From Raillietiella orientalis (taxonomy: Eukaryota), in the NCBI GenBank assembly GCA_036172245.1, contig JAYWIR010000036.1, forward strand, positions 1,116,001 through 1,180,000: a stretch of DNA of 64,000 nt. Direction: 5' to 3'. Under the pieces are notes generated by a model. That model did not search any database. It was given only the letters and a program-made list of their open reading frames with translations, and was not told the origin of the DNA. This document shows positions 49,601-60,800 of the stretch, piece after piece (within the stretch, counting starts at the first letter, position 1; each line of letters starts with the position of its first letter). Made by a program: the position numbers and the translations under genes.

Positions 49601-50153
49601 GCACGAATGTCCACTCGGCCATCATCCGGGACCACTGCACGGGAGGAGTGGCCAAAGACCTCCTTTGGCTGAAGAACCGAGCGAATGCAGAGTCACTGGG
49701 GGAAGCTCCATTTCGAAAGTCTCCCTTTCCTCTTCCTTGTTCCGTTCGTGTACCGCAGCTGCAGTGCGAGTCAGGAATCGAGGGCGTTTGGGGCAGACAT
49801 CTTGGAGGGGACGGATGGACGGACGCCTATCGAAAGGCAACTTGATGCTCCCGCTGTTTCCGGAAGTGCTTCCGAAAAAAAAAAAGTGTTCGGGACGGTC
49901 GGTTCTAATCTGATCTTTTTTTTCTTTTCCTTTCCCTGTTTCCCAGTTACCTAAGGAAGTGATCACCAGGGAGAGCTCTCTGGTCGTGCGCTTCAGATCG
50001 GACGAAGACATAAGCCAAAAGGGGTTCTCAGCCGTGTACTGCCAAATCGACGATTCGGAAAACGAGGCGGGTGAGCTGGGACCGGAGTCCGGCCTACCCG
50101 AGAACACCTTCCTTTACTGGGATTACGACCTGAGCTCCAAGGAGTCCACTTGA
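16460..50153 (+). CDS. tld: Tolloid/BMP1-like astacin metalloprotease, spliced; join(16460-16682,21016-21151,[29592-29636],[29735-29770],29914-30147,30439-30617,30783-30889,30940-31069,33725-33949,37069-37188,38557-38702,39702-39897,41948-42070,42225-42385,43636-43822,43880-44133,44223-44433,46287-46537,49947-50153)
   Basis: Complete Tolloid domain order, all junctions GT-AG with matching phases, total 3171 nt with a terminal stop. The protease start [35 protein letters not shown] resembles arthropod Tolloid/Tolkin. tld versus tok orthology cannot be resolved by eye. Confidence 0.95.
18410..18650 (-). repeat. Short copy of the LINE 3' end and 23-bp minisatellite tail also found at 22975-23260
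   Basis: Shares AGATGGTTCTGTG.TCA.CAGTGCTGGC.GCTCCC..TGTTGAGT.ATGAGACGGCTCC and CTAGCGAGTAGGC repeats with 23090-23258. Confidence 0.8.
21016..21151 (+). CDS. tld: Tolloid-like exon 2 (prodomain, DIAISKEDL)
   Basis: Acceptor CTCTTTTGCCAG, phase 1 to 2. [19 protein letters not shown] parallels BMP1 DPCK...DIALDEEDL. Donor AG|GTAGGA. Confidence 0.85.
22975..25500 (-). mobile_element. Decayed LINE (RT, C-terminal CCHC, tandem-repeat 3' tail) in intron 2
   Basis: Minus strand: DI-ASAF-RV (~24880), [14 protein letters not shown] (~24690), a PQ motif remnant (~24550), CPC...VLMDC (~23320-23370), then about six 23-bp repeats at 23001-23137. Confidence 0.55.
29592..29636 (+). CDS. Candidate 45-nt prodomain micro-exon ([14 protein letters not shown])
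   Basis: Long pyrimidine tract, TGCAG acceptor, CG|GTGAGC donor, symmetric phase 2-2, no stop. Confidence 0.6.
29735..29770 (+). CDS. Candidate 36-nt prodomain micro-exon ([11 protein letters not shown])
   Basis: Strong acceptor TTTTTCTCTTTTGTTTCCTCCTAG, weaker donor AA|GTGAAC, symmetric phase 2-2, no stop. Confidence 0.5.
29914..30147 (+). CDS. tld: Tolloid-like exon: furin site and astacin N-terminal part
   Basis: [21 protein letters not shown]...WENFTCVKF...FTERSCG; acceptor TTTCTCAG, donor GG|GTAAAG. Confidence 0.95.
30439..30617 (+). CDS. tld: Tolloid-like exon: astacin active site
   Basis: [47 protein letters not shown], with intact HExxHxxGxxH. Confidence 0.98.
30783..30889 (+). CDS. 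tld: Tolloid-like exon: astacin Met-turn
   Basis: [36 protein letters not shown], translated by hand. Confidence 0.95.
30940..31069 (+). CDS. tld: Tolloid-like exon: astacin C-terminus
   Basis: RTNLDTILP...[23 protein letters not shown]; follows a 50-nt intron. Confidence 0.95.
31343..32135 (+). mobile_element. tRNA-derived SINE copy 3, interrupted by a 136-bp insert
   Basis: B-box GGTTCGAATTCC near 31397, a second B-box-like GGTTCGAGTT at 31451, shared core and tail GAGCTTCGTGAG...GAACGGTTCTT. Confidence 0.8.
32615..32770. repeat. Degenerate trinucleotide low-complexity tract (GCA/AAC/AAT/GAT)
   Basis: GCAGCAGCAGCAGCAATGATG...AGTAATAACGTTAGTAACGACAGTAATAAT. Confidence 0.7.
33725..33949 (+). 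CDS. tld: Tolloid-like exon: CUB1 first part
   Basis: [15 protein letters not shown]...[22 protein letters not shown]...[16 protein letters not shown]. Confidence 0.95.
34150..35400 (-). mobile_element. Decayed RTE-like LINE fragment
   Basis: Minus strand LGSI...GRLMA (YLGS..EI..RI..A-like, ~34430-34490), then [19 protein letters not shown], resembling the RTE C-terminal W.DRI.N.EV motif. The higher-coordinate boundary is uncertain. Confidence 0.5.
37069..37188 (+). CDS. tld: Tolloid-like exon: CUB1 second part
   Basis: [23 protein letters not shown]...GFSASYE; donor G|GTAAGG. Confidence 0.95.
38557..38702 (+). CDS. tld: Tolloid-like exon: CUB2 first part
   Basis: [49 protein letters not shown]. 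Confidence 0.97.
39702..39897 (+). CDS. tld: Tolloid-like exon: CUB2 second part
   Basis: [17 protein letters not shown]...LGKYCGY...[18 protein letters not shown]. Confidence 0.97.
41948..42070 (+). CDS. tld: Tolloid-like exon: calcium-binding EGF1
   Basis: [41 protein letters not shown]. Confidence 0.97.
42225..42385 (+). CDS. tld: Tolloid-like exon: CUB3 first part
   Basis: [31 protein letters not shown]...THFDLEGNN. Confidence 0.97.
43022..43310 (-). pseudogene. Inverted, degenerate copy of 44277-44565 (3' part of the CUB4 exon plus downstream intron)
   Basis: Reverse complement encodes [23 protein letters not shown] and continues through the donor site into intron sequence. Carries a 15-nt deletion and a 2-nt insertion. 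Confidence 0.92.
43636..43822 (+). CDS. tld: Tolloid-like exon: CUB3 second part
   Basis: [10 protein letters not shown]...[41 protein letters not shown]. Confidence 0.96.
43880..44133 (+). CDS. tld: Tolloid-like exon: EGF2 and CUB4 first part
   Basis: [27 protein letters not shown]...[10 protein letters not shown]...[15 protein letters not shown]...GHRIKI. Confidence 0.97.
44223..44433 (+). CDS. tld: Tolloid-like exon: CUB4 second part
   Basis: [23 protein letters not shown]...[13 protein letters not shown]...[18 protein letters not shown]. Confidence 0.97.
46180..46213. repeat. (TGCG)n microsatellite
   Basis: GCATGCGTGCGTGCGTGCGTGCGTGCATGCGTGC. Confidence 0.85.
46287..46537 (+). CDS. tld: Tolloid-like exon: CUB5 first part
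   Basis: VCGGRLQAV...[12 protein letters not shown]...CEWII...[17 protein letters not shown]...GKFCGHE. Confidence 0.97.
47033..47555 (+). mobile_element. tRNA-derived SINE copy 4 (5'-truncated, A-rich tail)
   Basis: CCTTCCAGGAATCAAGGAG core; tail CTTCGTGAGCCCCTAGTCGAACGGTTCTTGAGTACT followed by an A run. Confidence 0.8.
47560..48600 (-). mobile_element. Possible decayed L2/CR1/Jockey-group LINE RT fragment
   Basis: Minus strand [10 protein letters not shown]...QEVF resembles the P..FK.A.V.P ... KVFE region at the start of RT. Confidence 0.35.
48653..49345 (+). mobile_element. tRNA-derived SINE copy 5 (near full length)
   Basis: A-box TGGCAATGTGG, B-box GGTTCGAATCC at 48710, shared core, tail GAGCTTCGTGAGCCCCTAGACGAACGG. 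Confidence 0.85.
49947..50153 (+). CDS. tld: Tolloid-like terminal exon: CUB5 end and acidic tail
   Basis: Strong pyrimidine tract and CCCAG acceptor; [31 protein letters not shown]..., with TGA ending at 50153. Confidence 0.95.
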   Translation, partial: LPKEVITRESSLVVRFRSDEDISQKGFSAVYCQIDDSENEAGELGPESGLPENTFLYWDYDLSSKEST

Positions 50154-50616
50154 CTTTCTCTCAGTGCTCTCCAGAAAGAGATGGACGAAAAAACACAAAA
50201 AACAAAAAAACAGGGAGCAGCCAAATAGGATTACCCCGTCTTGTCTTCTGATGATCCGAAATGACGAACACTACCAGTCATCGTAGTGAAAAACGACCAC
50301 AGGGCAGTGAGGTTCGCGCCCATGACCGACGAAAGTTTTTCTAGAAGTGCGCTCAGAGATCGAAGGAGTTCCCACGCGGATGCTGTGTTTCATTCTCAGT
50401 CGGCTGCGTTGATATGAAAGGTCCTTTGCTGGAAGCTGCTGGCAAATCCATCAGCTGCGTCTCAGGAAATGCCCAAAGGTTTACTTTCTAAGGTGTACAT
50501 GCTAAGGTGTTTTGCCGAGGACGCGCGCACCCTAAGCCACCACACAGTTTGCGCGGTCCTGTCCTGCATTCTTTGACCTCTCCTGCCCCGTTCATTATAG
50601 CCACAGATTGCAACGG

Positions 50617-50622
50617 AATAAA
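50617..50622 (+). promoter_or_regulatory. Candidate polyadenylation signal AATAAA
   Basis: First AATAAA noticed after the stop codon, about 460 nt downstream, followed by T-rich sequence. Confidence 0.35.
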
Positions 50623-50699
50623 TGCTGTTTCCTCCAAGAGACTTGTGACAGTTTTTCGAAGTTTTAGGGGCTCGGTTATCTTAGCTCTCAGTTGAGGTC

Positions 50700-52300
50700 A
50701 TCCTGCGGCTTTCTGTTTCCAGCGTGTTCGTCTCTGAAGCTGATCAATACGAGTAGGTCCAGCTGACGGAGGAGAAACCCTACTCCCGGTCTTTGCTGAG
50801 ATTTCCAGTGCTGAAGAGCATCACGAGAACATTTTCATGACTCCTGGCTCGGGGTAAGGAATTGCAAGGGTGACCTTTCGATCTCCTCGGGTCTTCTCGA
50901 AAACGCCACTAGCTGTTTGTAGGGCATGTGTCGGTCACTTGCTGACCTGCTGTGGAACGAGCTTGTCTGCACTCCTTCTTCCATGCGGCGTCCACGAAAA
51001 GTTTTCCCTGCCGAAGCTCTTTGCCTTTGCTTCTCGCACCTTCGGCTTCCGTGATCCACGTATTTTCTTCGCACTATCTCTTCTTGTCGCCGCAGGCCAT
51101 CAACTTGGTTGACTGATCTCACAGAAGCGAATCCTCTCAAGCTCGCGCCCTGATATCCCTGCAGTCTTAACTGGCTCGCGTCTCTAGGGACGCCGGTAGT
51201 GACTCACGCTCTCGATGGCAGTTTTCTTGCACGGCCTAATGTAGTTTTACCAAACCGAAGAACAGAGGGATAGCAAAGTCCTCTCCTGCTCCATACTGAG
51301 GTCTGTTTCATGTCGATTACCGAGAATAATGTTTCGTGGAAGCAGGCCAACGGAATCAGTGAAAACGGGAGTGATTTGGATGTCAGCTCTGAGGTTGGGC
51401 CTTCGGCGTTCAAGTCATCAGGATCTTGTATCAGCCCTGATGACACGCCAGACAGTCACCCTTTCCCGGGTTCTTTCCTTGCAGCGCATTCTTTGCCTCT
51501 TTCCAACGTGACCGCACCTCAGTTCCAGGAATTTCAACTCGAAAGTGACTCAGCGCGCGAGTTCGCTTTCCAGCTTCTTGGAACGGACTGCAGACTCCCC
51601 GGTGTTCCTCAATCTTAAGGAAAGGAGTTACCAGTTGCCGAAAATGAAGGATGCTTTTCTCCATTTTCAACACAGCGTCCTTCGAGTTAGACCTTATGGT
51701 TCGGTCACTGGACCGGCAGTCGGATTAAACCATCGATCCAGGATCGAGATTACTGCCTTCCCGAGAGACAAGGATGATAAACACCGGTGCTCCCAGCTTC
51801 TGACGCTTTTCGAATGCGCGTATAACGTCCGATCCGGTCGGCAAAGAGTCCTGGGGCGTCTTCGGAGAGTTCGCGCATCAATCCAGCGGATCTCAACTTG
51901 ATTTTTTGCTGCTCTTCCTCTCGCGAGAGGGAGATGCGCTGCTGGCGCTGCGTCTGCCGTTGTCTCGTGCAAAGCGCGACGTGCGCTGATGCGATTCTGA
52001 AGGCTGCACGCCGGCTTCCTGAAAGGATCTCGAGGCCATTCGAAGAACGACCTTGCTCCTCTCATCACATGGCAGGAAGAAACAAAAGCTCTAACGATGA
52101 GCCAACGGGAAGGATGGGAATCTAGATTTCAGCAACATCAGCGTGGGATTCAACCAACTGCCACCGTGAAAACTGCGCCTTGTGCATCACTGCGCTTTTG
52201 GGATTCCTCGATAGCTGCTTCACATTGTGAAAAATCCCAGCTGGTGCCCTGCATTACGCTGGTTTTTGTTTTGATCTCATTTTACGATGCATGTCGGGGA
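50700..52300 (-). mobile_element. Decayed Penelope-like retroelement RT remnant
   Basis: Minus strand GKAVISILDR (DKG..V.LDR-like, ~51730-51765), PLFFGLVKLH (P.FYGLPK.HK-like, ~51240-51270) and SSFHS (SFDV-like, ~50955), in the expected order. Confidence 0.45.
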
Positions 52301-55300
52301 GGAGGAATGTCCGCCTCGGCTTCTCATCTCAGAGACTTGTTGGTTCGTCCCGGACTTCAACCGAGGATGCGTCCGGGCTCGGTGAACGTCCCGGCTCCGT
52401 GGAATGTTGGAATGTTGGCGCAGACCATCCTCTTCCTCGTGCTTTTGGAGGAGGAGAGTCGGGTTCTCCGGCACTTCGTGCTTCTGGTCCCCTGCCAGCG
52501 ACGCACAGGAGAAGCGGTTCCCTCCACTTGGGTCTGCTTTCGTCGCCAGTGCCGCCTCGCCGTCGCCGCCGACTTTTCGCCCGTCTGGACATCGGGTAGG
52601 ACGACACGCCGTTCCGGGGGTGCGGTCGGATTTCGAGGCCGTCTCCGAGGGTGTGCTTGCGCGAGGGGACGGCAGTTCTCAGCGTCCACGCCTGGTGAGG
52701 TCGGCCGGATGATCACGTTTCTTAACGAGGGAATTGGAATCTCGGGCGCGGCTACGTCGGATGTCGGCAGGTCGATAGCCCGAAGCACTGTGAGTCGAGG
52801 CCGTTTCTTGCGAACGGCGTTCGCACGGGCAGGGAGTTGCACGAGACGGCAATCGGAGGGTCGTGGGTGACGGCCGGCGTGCTAGGGGTGGCTGGACGCA
52901 CGGTGCCGTCCAGCACTGGCCGCCGCGGCCTTTCTCCTGACCTAGGTGTCATGGCTTTCTCAGCATGCTCCTCAGCCATCGTTCTCGTACGGTTCTTCTC
53001 TGGAGCCTTCGAAACGAAGAATGCGCCTTCGCTGACAAGCAGGTTCCCTGAAAAGTGATTGCACTGAATCTTGGATCGATGTTTCGAGTTTCAGGCCCGA
53101 TGCGTGTCTGGGTGTCGTTTGAGATCTTCCGAAGCAGAAGAATCGACGATTGCACTCGCATTTTTCGGCGATAGAAGAGCTGCTCAGGAGTGAGAAGATT
53201 GTAAGGTAATAAAAGAAGTTTAACGTTTAAAAGAGATGCATCTTCGGACTGCAAGATGCCGGGTATGCAGCTTTCAATCAGAAGGGAATACCGCGAGGAT
53301 TTTCTGGACGCATTTAAAGAAGTTTCGGCAGGAGGATGGAAGCTGGAGCTCTTGGACGAACCAGGAGCTGCTACGACCCATCCGTACTTCTTTTTTGCTG
53401 GAGGATTCCTTGGATACGCGCGCGAGGAGTGCATGCCTTTTTTCATGCTTTTCAGTGAAGCGTGGACAAGAGGACATCCCGTGTCTGGACTTTCTTTGAT
53501 CAAGGGGCGCATGGGACAATTCTGGATTCTTTTTCTATGCAGGGAAACCAGGAAAATTTCATTTGACACATTTATGGGCTGCGATTACGGAGAATGGCTC
53601 TGCACAATTCACTGCTCTTTTGCCCAACAGCTGAATTGACAAATGCATCGATTTCAGAACAGAACGGAATGATGAGAGCGACGTTTTTTTTTTTTGTTTT
53701 TTCCAAAGAAAGATGGATGATAGATCACTTAGACAGATGTCTTTGAAAAATCTGCTTCCTGGGGGATCAACTTTGCAGCAATACCCACATATGTGACTAA
53801 ATTTTCGTTGGTTCGAACGCGTCTCTCGTGTCGCTTCAATCAGATCTGGGATCTGGAACGCGATTGAATTCTAAAAGACGTAAAAAGCTACAGTCACGCC
53901 AATCGGAACAAGGAACTCTCATCATGCCACTCATAGAAAGAATATTTTCCCGGAGGAAGAGATAGTTTGTCTGGTACTTCGCTTTGAAATATGGCTGCCT
54001 GTTAGTCACTGCAGGAATCGTACTTTTCGTGACGTCATACCAATAACCGGAAGCTGTGCATGAAGAAGAAATATCTGTAACGATCAATGATGAGCTCGAA
54101 AAGCGGCGCGCGCGTTACAGACGGTTTCCGTGATACAGTGCGAGGCTTCCTCTTGGCACATGACCGGGCCGCTTACATAGAACACGGAGCTGGTCCTTTG
54201 GCGCGATGTAGATCGAAGATGCAAAGGCCACATATTGTTTCACAGGAGGACTTTGCATTCAAATTCGAAATTCGAGCAACCTCGTATTCTGCAAAAAGAG
54301 TCTTTATCACTGTTTCTCTCAAAGTGTGTCAAGGCGAGAGATTAGAGGTGCGCAAGAGGCAACCTTTGATGTTTGCTTTGAGAACACTCTCGGTCTCAGC
54401 TAGTAGGGACGAACCCAAAAATGGTTAGATATGTGCCATGGACAACCAAGATCCAAGAAAGCGAAGAGGAACACCATCCACTTCTGCAATGCAACGCACC
54501 TGAACACGAACCAGTTTCACTCCAGAGATGCATTTCATGGTACCGAACTTCCTGGTATGAGTAGCACAGGGAGTCGGATTCGTAATTCGAAGCACATTTT
54601 CTATTACTCATAATGACCATCAACTGCTGATAAGCCTCAGCACACTGAAGATTCATCGCTAAGGCGTTCTGATTAAAGTTGTCAGCACATTTCGTGTCTC
54701 TCCATTATGCAGTATTCTCAAGAAGAGGAGTACAGACAAAAAAAAAAAAGCGGGGCTGCTAAAATAAATCAGAAACTCCTCCATAAAGAAGGAGCACTTG
54801 CAGATCATTTGCATCCCTCTCTTACTTGAGATGATCCGGATGCCGAGCTGAAGTCAGTTCACTCCTTTCAGAGCCAAATTGAAATTTTCTCGAAAGTGAA
54901 CTCTTAACTGCTCATGGAAAGCGCTCAAACTGATCGAAGCCCATCTCCTTAACGTGGAGCCGGTCAGAATTTAATTTTCAGAAAGCTGAAGACGTGCCCA
55001 CGGAAAGCCTTATGATTATGACAGAGATGGAAATTGGCTGAATGAAACACGGGACAATCCAGTTGCCTATGAAAGCAGCCGGAAAAAATCCGAAGGAACG
55101 GTAGATTAAATAAGATTTAAAAAGGCACTCTCACAAGTGAGGCGTTAATTGCGAATGTTCCAGATCGGATCAGAATCTGCGATCTTTGATCATTAAAACA
55201 GCATGCATTCTTGTCAGAAAGAGAACGGAACTCGTGGACTTTTGCTACATTCTTTACTCTTGCGGTGGGGATTTTTTTTGCTAGGCTATGCGCCCAAGAT

Positions 55301-57899
55301 GGCTAGGGCTTCAAAATGGCAGCGCAGCTTCATCGAATGATCATTATGGTATTCTGCTACGACTTCTAATGGAAACACTCTGCAATCGGATTTTCATCAA
55401 TCTTTACAATTTTTAAGCGTCAGTAATTACACACAACAACTTGAAAGCACAAGCATCTGCAACGAAGGAATGTTCCAGCTCATGATGGTGTTTCCCACGC
55501 AGCAACATATCGGGAATTTCGATCATATTCACATGTGAGACATCCTAAAATTTGCAATTGCTTTGCGATCTTCAAAGATACCTCTATTTCTTAGCAACGG
55601 TGCGAACCTAATTTGTGTTTGTTCATGTTTCAATGGAAACGCGTTTCTATTGCTGTCATCCTCCGTGGAGAAGAATATTCAGCTTCTTAACGATTTGTGT
55701 TGAGAGGACTCCTATGGTTTCGGAAGCGCCATTCATCGCACTTACGGGAGCTGCAAAGCACCCGCATCGAGCGTTAGTCATTGAGTTGACTTAGTAACGG
55801 TTTTTTGATGTCTCCACGCTACTTTTTTCAAACGTTGGATCGTCTCGTGGAGAGAGAAAGAGAGAAAGCAAAAGGCACACGAAGAGCACGTGTTTTACAA
55901 AAAAGGTTATATAAAGTGTTCCTAAAGGGGGTGTCTGCGCTTTCTCCAGGCCCCTGCACGAAACTTTGAGCGGCATCCCACGAGCCTGGAGCACCATATA
56001 AGGCTGCCAAGTGTTGAGTGAGCCCGGAAGTCGGACCTTGCGTCCCCGTGGCAACGCTTTCCCGATCCGTTCATCTCACGGCGCTACTCTCAATCCTGCC
56101 TCCGCAAGCAGTCGTGCAACGGAAACTCTTGCCATGAATTCCAGCATCATCCATCCAAGCTGAGGGATTCGACCGAGTACAAGCAGTTGTTCCTCTATCC
56201 GAGCGCGATTTTCAGGGATTTTCTTCATCCCGGAGTGATGGAATCGTTCGGTGAAGCCGGGAATTCTTTCTCCGCGCGCGATCCTCTCCCGATTCGATTA
56301 TCAACAACCATGGCAATTCAAGAGCGCATGGAATCGAAACTCCTCGCATTGATTCATCGCACCGTGAGGTGCATTTTCACCGACGCGGGTCGCCAGATCT
56401 TTCTCTAGAGTTTGCCGGAGGAGGAAGCGCGCCAGATCCTCTGGACGACCGACCGACACCAAGTGCTTGCTTCCTCTCAGAGAACAAGCAGTTGGTGGCG
56501 CCTCCTTGTGGCGTCCCCTCTTTTTATTGTTGTTCAACGCCTGAACCCTCGAAGATCATTGTGGAGCTTAGGTGGCAGACTCTACAGGAGCACTGCTGAC
56601 AAATCAAATCTCAGATCCCTACGAAGAAGAAATCTCAATCTTCAGTTGTTCACACGCCGTTTCGATTTCTTTCATGTGTGAATCCAGACACTTCGAAGTG
56701 CCAAGCATCTTTGGATCATGCGTGCAAGCAGTTGACGTCGGTCAATACGGATTCGGATGAGTAACAAGGAAGGCTCCGCATCTTTCATCTCCAGATGGTT
56801 CAGGGCCACCCGAATGTATTCCTTGACTGTGACCTTCCAGCTCAGTCGGAGCATCTCCAGGTATTCGTTGCTCCTCCTCGCGTCGTAGACATGGGCGTGG
56901 TGAAGGATGGCTCCTTGAAAACCTCTGCTGAGCCGACCTCGCGCGACTTGCTGTACCGCAGGTCCTTGGGTAGAGGGCACTACAAAAGTAGGCGATCACG
57001 TTGACCGTGGGCCATCCGATGACGAAGGGGACGTCTCCCTCGGTCTTCGCATGTCCACCACGCGATCTACCAGCTCACAGCTTCGAGGTGTGGGTCTTCT
57101 TAGCTTCAGTAAGCCACCTATTTGTGTCTTCGCCACAGACTGCTGGTCTCTTAAAGAGACACAGGTGTCGGTCCTGGATGCGCAGGCCCTGTTACGAAGT
57201 ACCTGGGGCAAGATGTGGGAAACGACGGCGACGGTGGGCCGCCGGACAGACAACCCACTTCTTTGGCAGACGATGGTGCGGAGGGACGGCCTTTGCCTCA
57301 TCTGCAGGACTGAGAGGCAGTTTGAGGTGGACTAGTGCTGGCTAAGCACGGTGGCACCAAAACTCCGCCGCCAGTACGCGCTTACCCTCACCTTTTCAAA
57401 GGGTCATCGGCGTCCCTGACGCCAGCAGCATCAGATCTTCCTCGAGACGCATGGCGTCGAGCGAACGCTTGCAAAGTCTTACCTCTTTGCAAAGCTCGCT
57501 GACCACCCGCACCTGATCTGGGAGGCTGTCTGTTTCCTCCAAAACACCGAAATCCGTACTTCATGCTGTTCTTCGGCAGCTCTGAAACCCTCGCGACCAG
57601 ACCGTGGCGCAAGAAGGTCGTCCTGGAGATGTGGTTCTCCCTACGGCGGGACCACGACGGAATGGGGAGAGGGGGAAGCGAATCTGCCCAGGCAGCTTCC
57701 ACTTCAAATCTCGGCTTCGCTGCAAAGTCATTTTCCGTTCCACCAGGCACACCGAAGTCTCGCCTCCAGCTTGGAGCTTCTTCCTGGAACACCCGCTTGG
57801 CCGTCTTCCGCCTGACCCGGTTTGTACCCGATTGCTCTGGGACATTTATTTAGAAATAAGTGAACTACAAATCAGGGAACGGTGTCTCCCTGAGTACAG

Positions 57900-60800
57900 G
57901 TTGAGAATAACACAAAAAAGTTCATTGAGGATGACCACCGGCACGCAGACCGGCTTTCCAAAAAGTAGGGAATGGAGAGAGAGGACAATAAATAGAGTAA
58001 ACAAAAGGGAGAGGGTAGGGATAACAGTTCTGAGCATAGCACGTCCCTTGCTTCCTGAAAGCGGCGGTGCGTGGTGGCGATCTTACGGATGACTTGTCGT
58101 CCTCATCGAGGCGGCTGCCGAGTGGGTGGCGCCTCCCTTCTCTGCGAGCGAGACTCCATCACAGAGTGTGCCGTCGCGCTGGCGCGGATGCAGCAGCACC
58201 TCGTTGCCATAACGGTGTCTGCTGCCAGTCCGCCCCGCGTGAAGATGTGCCGCAGCGAATCCCCGCCACTGTCCTCGAGAGCACCGCAGTGTCCAACAGG
58301 AGACGCGGGAACGATCACATCGCCCGCGCCTGAAACATTTCAAAGGAGCAACTCCCCCGCGGGAAAACAGGCACCTCATTCTGTTGTCATGGGATTCCCA
58401 CTGCAGAAACAGCAAGCAGAACGTCCCGTTTCCACCGGAGCGGGAACACGGAAGTGTCTGCACGCAGGGAAGGGACGCAAGTTCTTGGGGGAGGAGCACA
58501 CCGAGCAGGTCCGTCCACCGAAGGAGTCCCTGCGCCTGGGAACGAGGAGTCGCGGCACCCCCCGACTCTCTTGTTCTGCAGCTGTCCAGGAGTTTCTCTA
58601 CTCTTGCAATCCAGCATAACTCCCTCCCCTCTTGTCGGCTGTTGAACACTGTTTGCCCTGGGAGCAGACAGTGATACGGCAAAGGGCGAGACGGCTGTCC
58701 GGGACCACTGCGTCCAGTCCTGCAGGAGATCTTCCATCGGGTTGCAGAGCAGTTGCTCCGGACTCACTTCCAGAGTGGCAAACCGGGACTCCAGCGTCTC
58801 TTGCTGTCAAGCATCCCAGTTCTGAGAGCGGCAGGAGATCCACGGGTGAGCAGCTTCCAGCAGTGAGGACGGATGCCTCACGCGCCTAATCTGCGGGACT
58901 GGCGAGCAGTTTGCGCTTACTCGTGCCTCCTGCTCCTCCTGGAAAAGGTGGCTGCGACCGTCTCGCCCCGGATTGCCCGGTCATCCGTCTGAAATGAATC
59001 AAATCGCGTCGGGTGCGGTCCAGCATGCGTGAGATGAGGAGCTGTGAAACAGAATGGATTTGCACGCTCCGAAGGAAAAGGCACGACCGAAGCGGCAGTA
59101 CGTAGATGGCGGAGGGATGGGATGAACCCCAACGAGATGGGAACGCTTTGTCGTTGCCACGAGCTCGGTAGAAACAACGGCAAAAAAGCACGCGCATGCG
59201 CATTCAAGGCTCTGCTGCCGACTAGGAATCTGGTGCGCTTTCCGACTCTCTCGTCTCTGCGGTAGGTTTCCTGGAAAAAACGGAGGGGTTTCCACGGATC
59301 CATCGGATGCTGGTTCACGGAAGAGGCTGCGAGCTAACACCTCTACTGTGGTTTCTCCCCCCCACAACATCATTTCTGGAAATGTGGGTCGCATTGTCTG
59401 ATTTAATGATTCTCCGGCTATCGATTTGCCATCAGGCACGTTTCGACTTGATGAAACCCGATGCTTGCGTGGGTGTCGATCCCAGCCGGGAGAACGAACC
59501 CCCCTGCAGAAGACCGCATTGCGGAACTCGCGTGCAGGATGACCGGTCACCTAATGGTTTACTGCACTTTTCTGTTTTTTCACAGAAAACCTTTTTTACG
59601 GCACGCGAAGTCTTTTTTGATCCTCTCCCCCCCCTTTTTTTCGTCACCTGCTTCCCTTGTTTTCAGGTGATGACGCCATTCTTGGAGCAGGGTTGTAGAA
59701 GAAGCAGGCGGAGGAAACGGCCGAATGCGCTGGGAGGCGCTCACCAGGCTACGACGGGGTTGGTGCCGATGGCTATGGTTGTTGTAGAAGACATCCACCG
59801 GCTCGTGGAGCACTCGTTAGCACGCAGGCCATTCGCCGCCGCACCTGTCCTGATCTCCACTCTCGTCGGACTTCCAGCGTTTTTTTTTTCGTTTTGCTTT
59901 GCCTCGCGTCTGATCCTTCAGACTTTTATCGATTCGTTTCAAGGAGCAGCAGGGGACCCGGTGATGTCCAGCAGAAGGTGGTTATGTGGTACGGACCGAA
60001 ACTGCTGGTGATGTCTTCTTCTTTGCCATGGGGAGGTGGCGGCGGCGGCGAGGAGGTGGGCCAGGGCGTGTGGCGTGTTGGCAATTCGGGGTGGGGTCCA
60101 TCTGCAAAGGTGCTGAAGAGAGCATCCTTGGGGTTGCGATGGAGAGAGAGGGCGAGGCCACTCCTCCCCCTTCCGGGCCTTCCGCGGAAGCGCCCCCTGG
60201 GACGCGGTACGCAGCCAATGACTACGGTGTGGCTGTCTCGCCGGGTAGCTGGCTCCCGTGGACCCAATAGCTGCGTTGCGTGGAGTAATAGCGGTTGTCG
60301 GGGCGAAGGTGGCCAGCTCTCGTCTCCTGGCCACTTGAGATGCAATGGCGCTGCCGTCCTCGTGATGGGGTGACGGCCGCGCTGCTTAGGAGACGATCGC
60401 CAGTCACTACCCGTGCCATACGGGAAGACGACGTGCTCGCCTGCAACGACGTTGCTGAGTATTGAAGAACCGTTCACCTTAAGGGGGGCTCACAAAGCTG
60501 TTTGACACTGATCCGAGGGTGCGTGTGACTATTCAAGTAAGCGGGTACCCTGGGAGCGGATCACCCTATGAATCCATGAAGGCACCGGCGGGAAGAGCCC
60601 TCTTGCGCTCGGTAGGGAACCTCGAAAAGAACCTCTTCCTCATTCTCACTTAAAGGACCCCTCCAAAAGGGCTCACTCCTCTCTGGAGGGAACCCGCATG
60701 GGAACCGCTCCCTGTTTCCTCCTCTAAAGAGAACCCCGAAGGAATGCTTCCAAATTTCGTTGAAGGCCACTTCCTGAAGGGCGCAGCGTTCCCCTGACAC

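Noticed and set aside
53000..57500. A second host gene downstream of tolloid
   Set aside because: No recognisable domains or consistent exon chain, only faint LINE-like fragments near 56700-57300.
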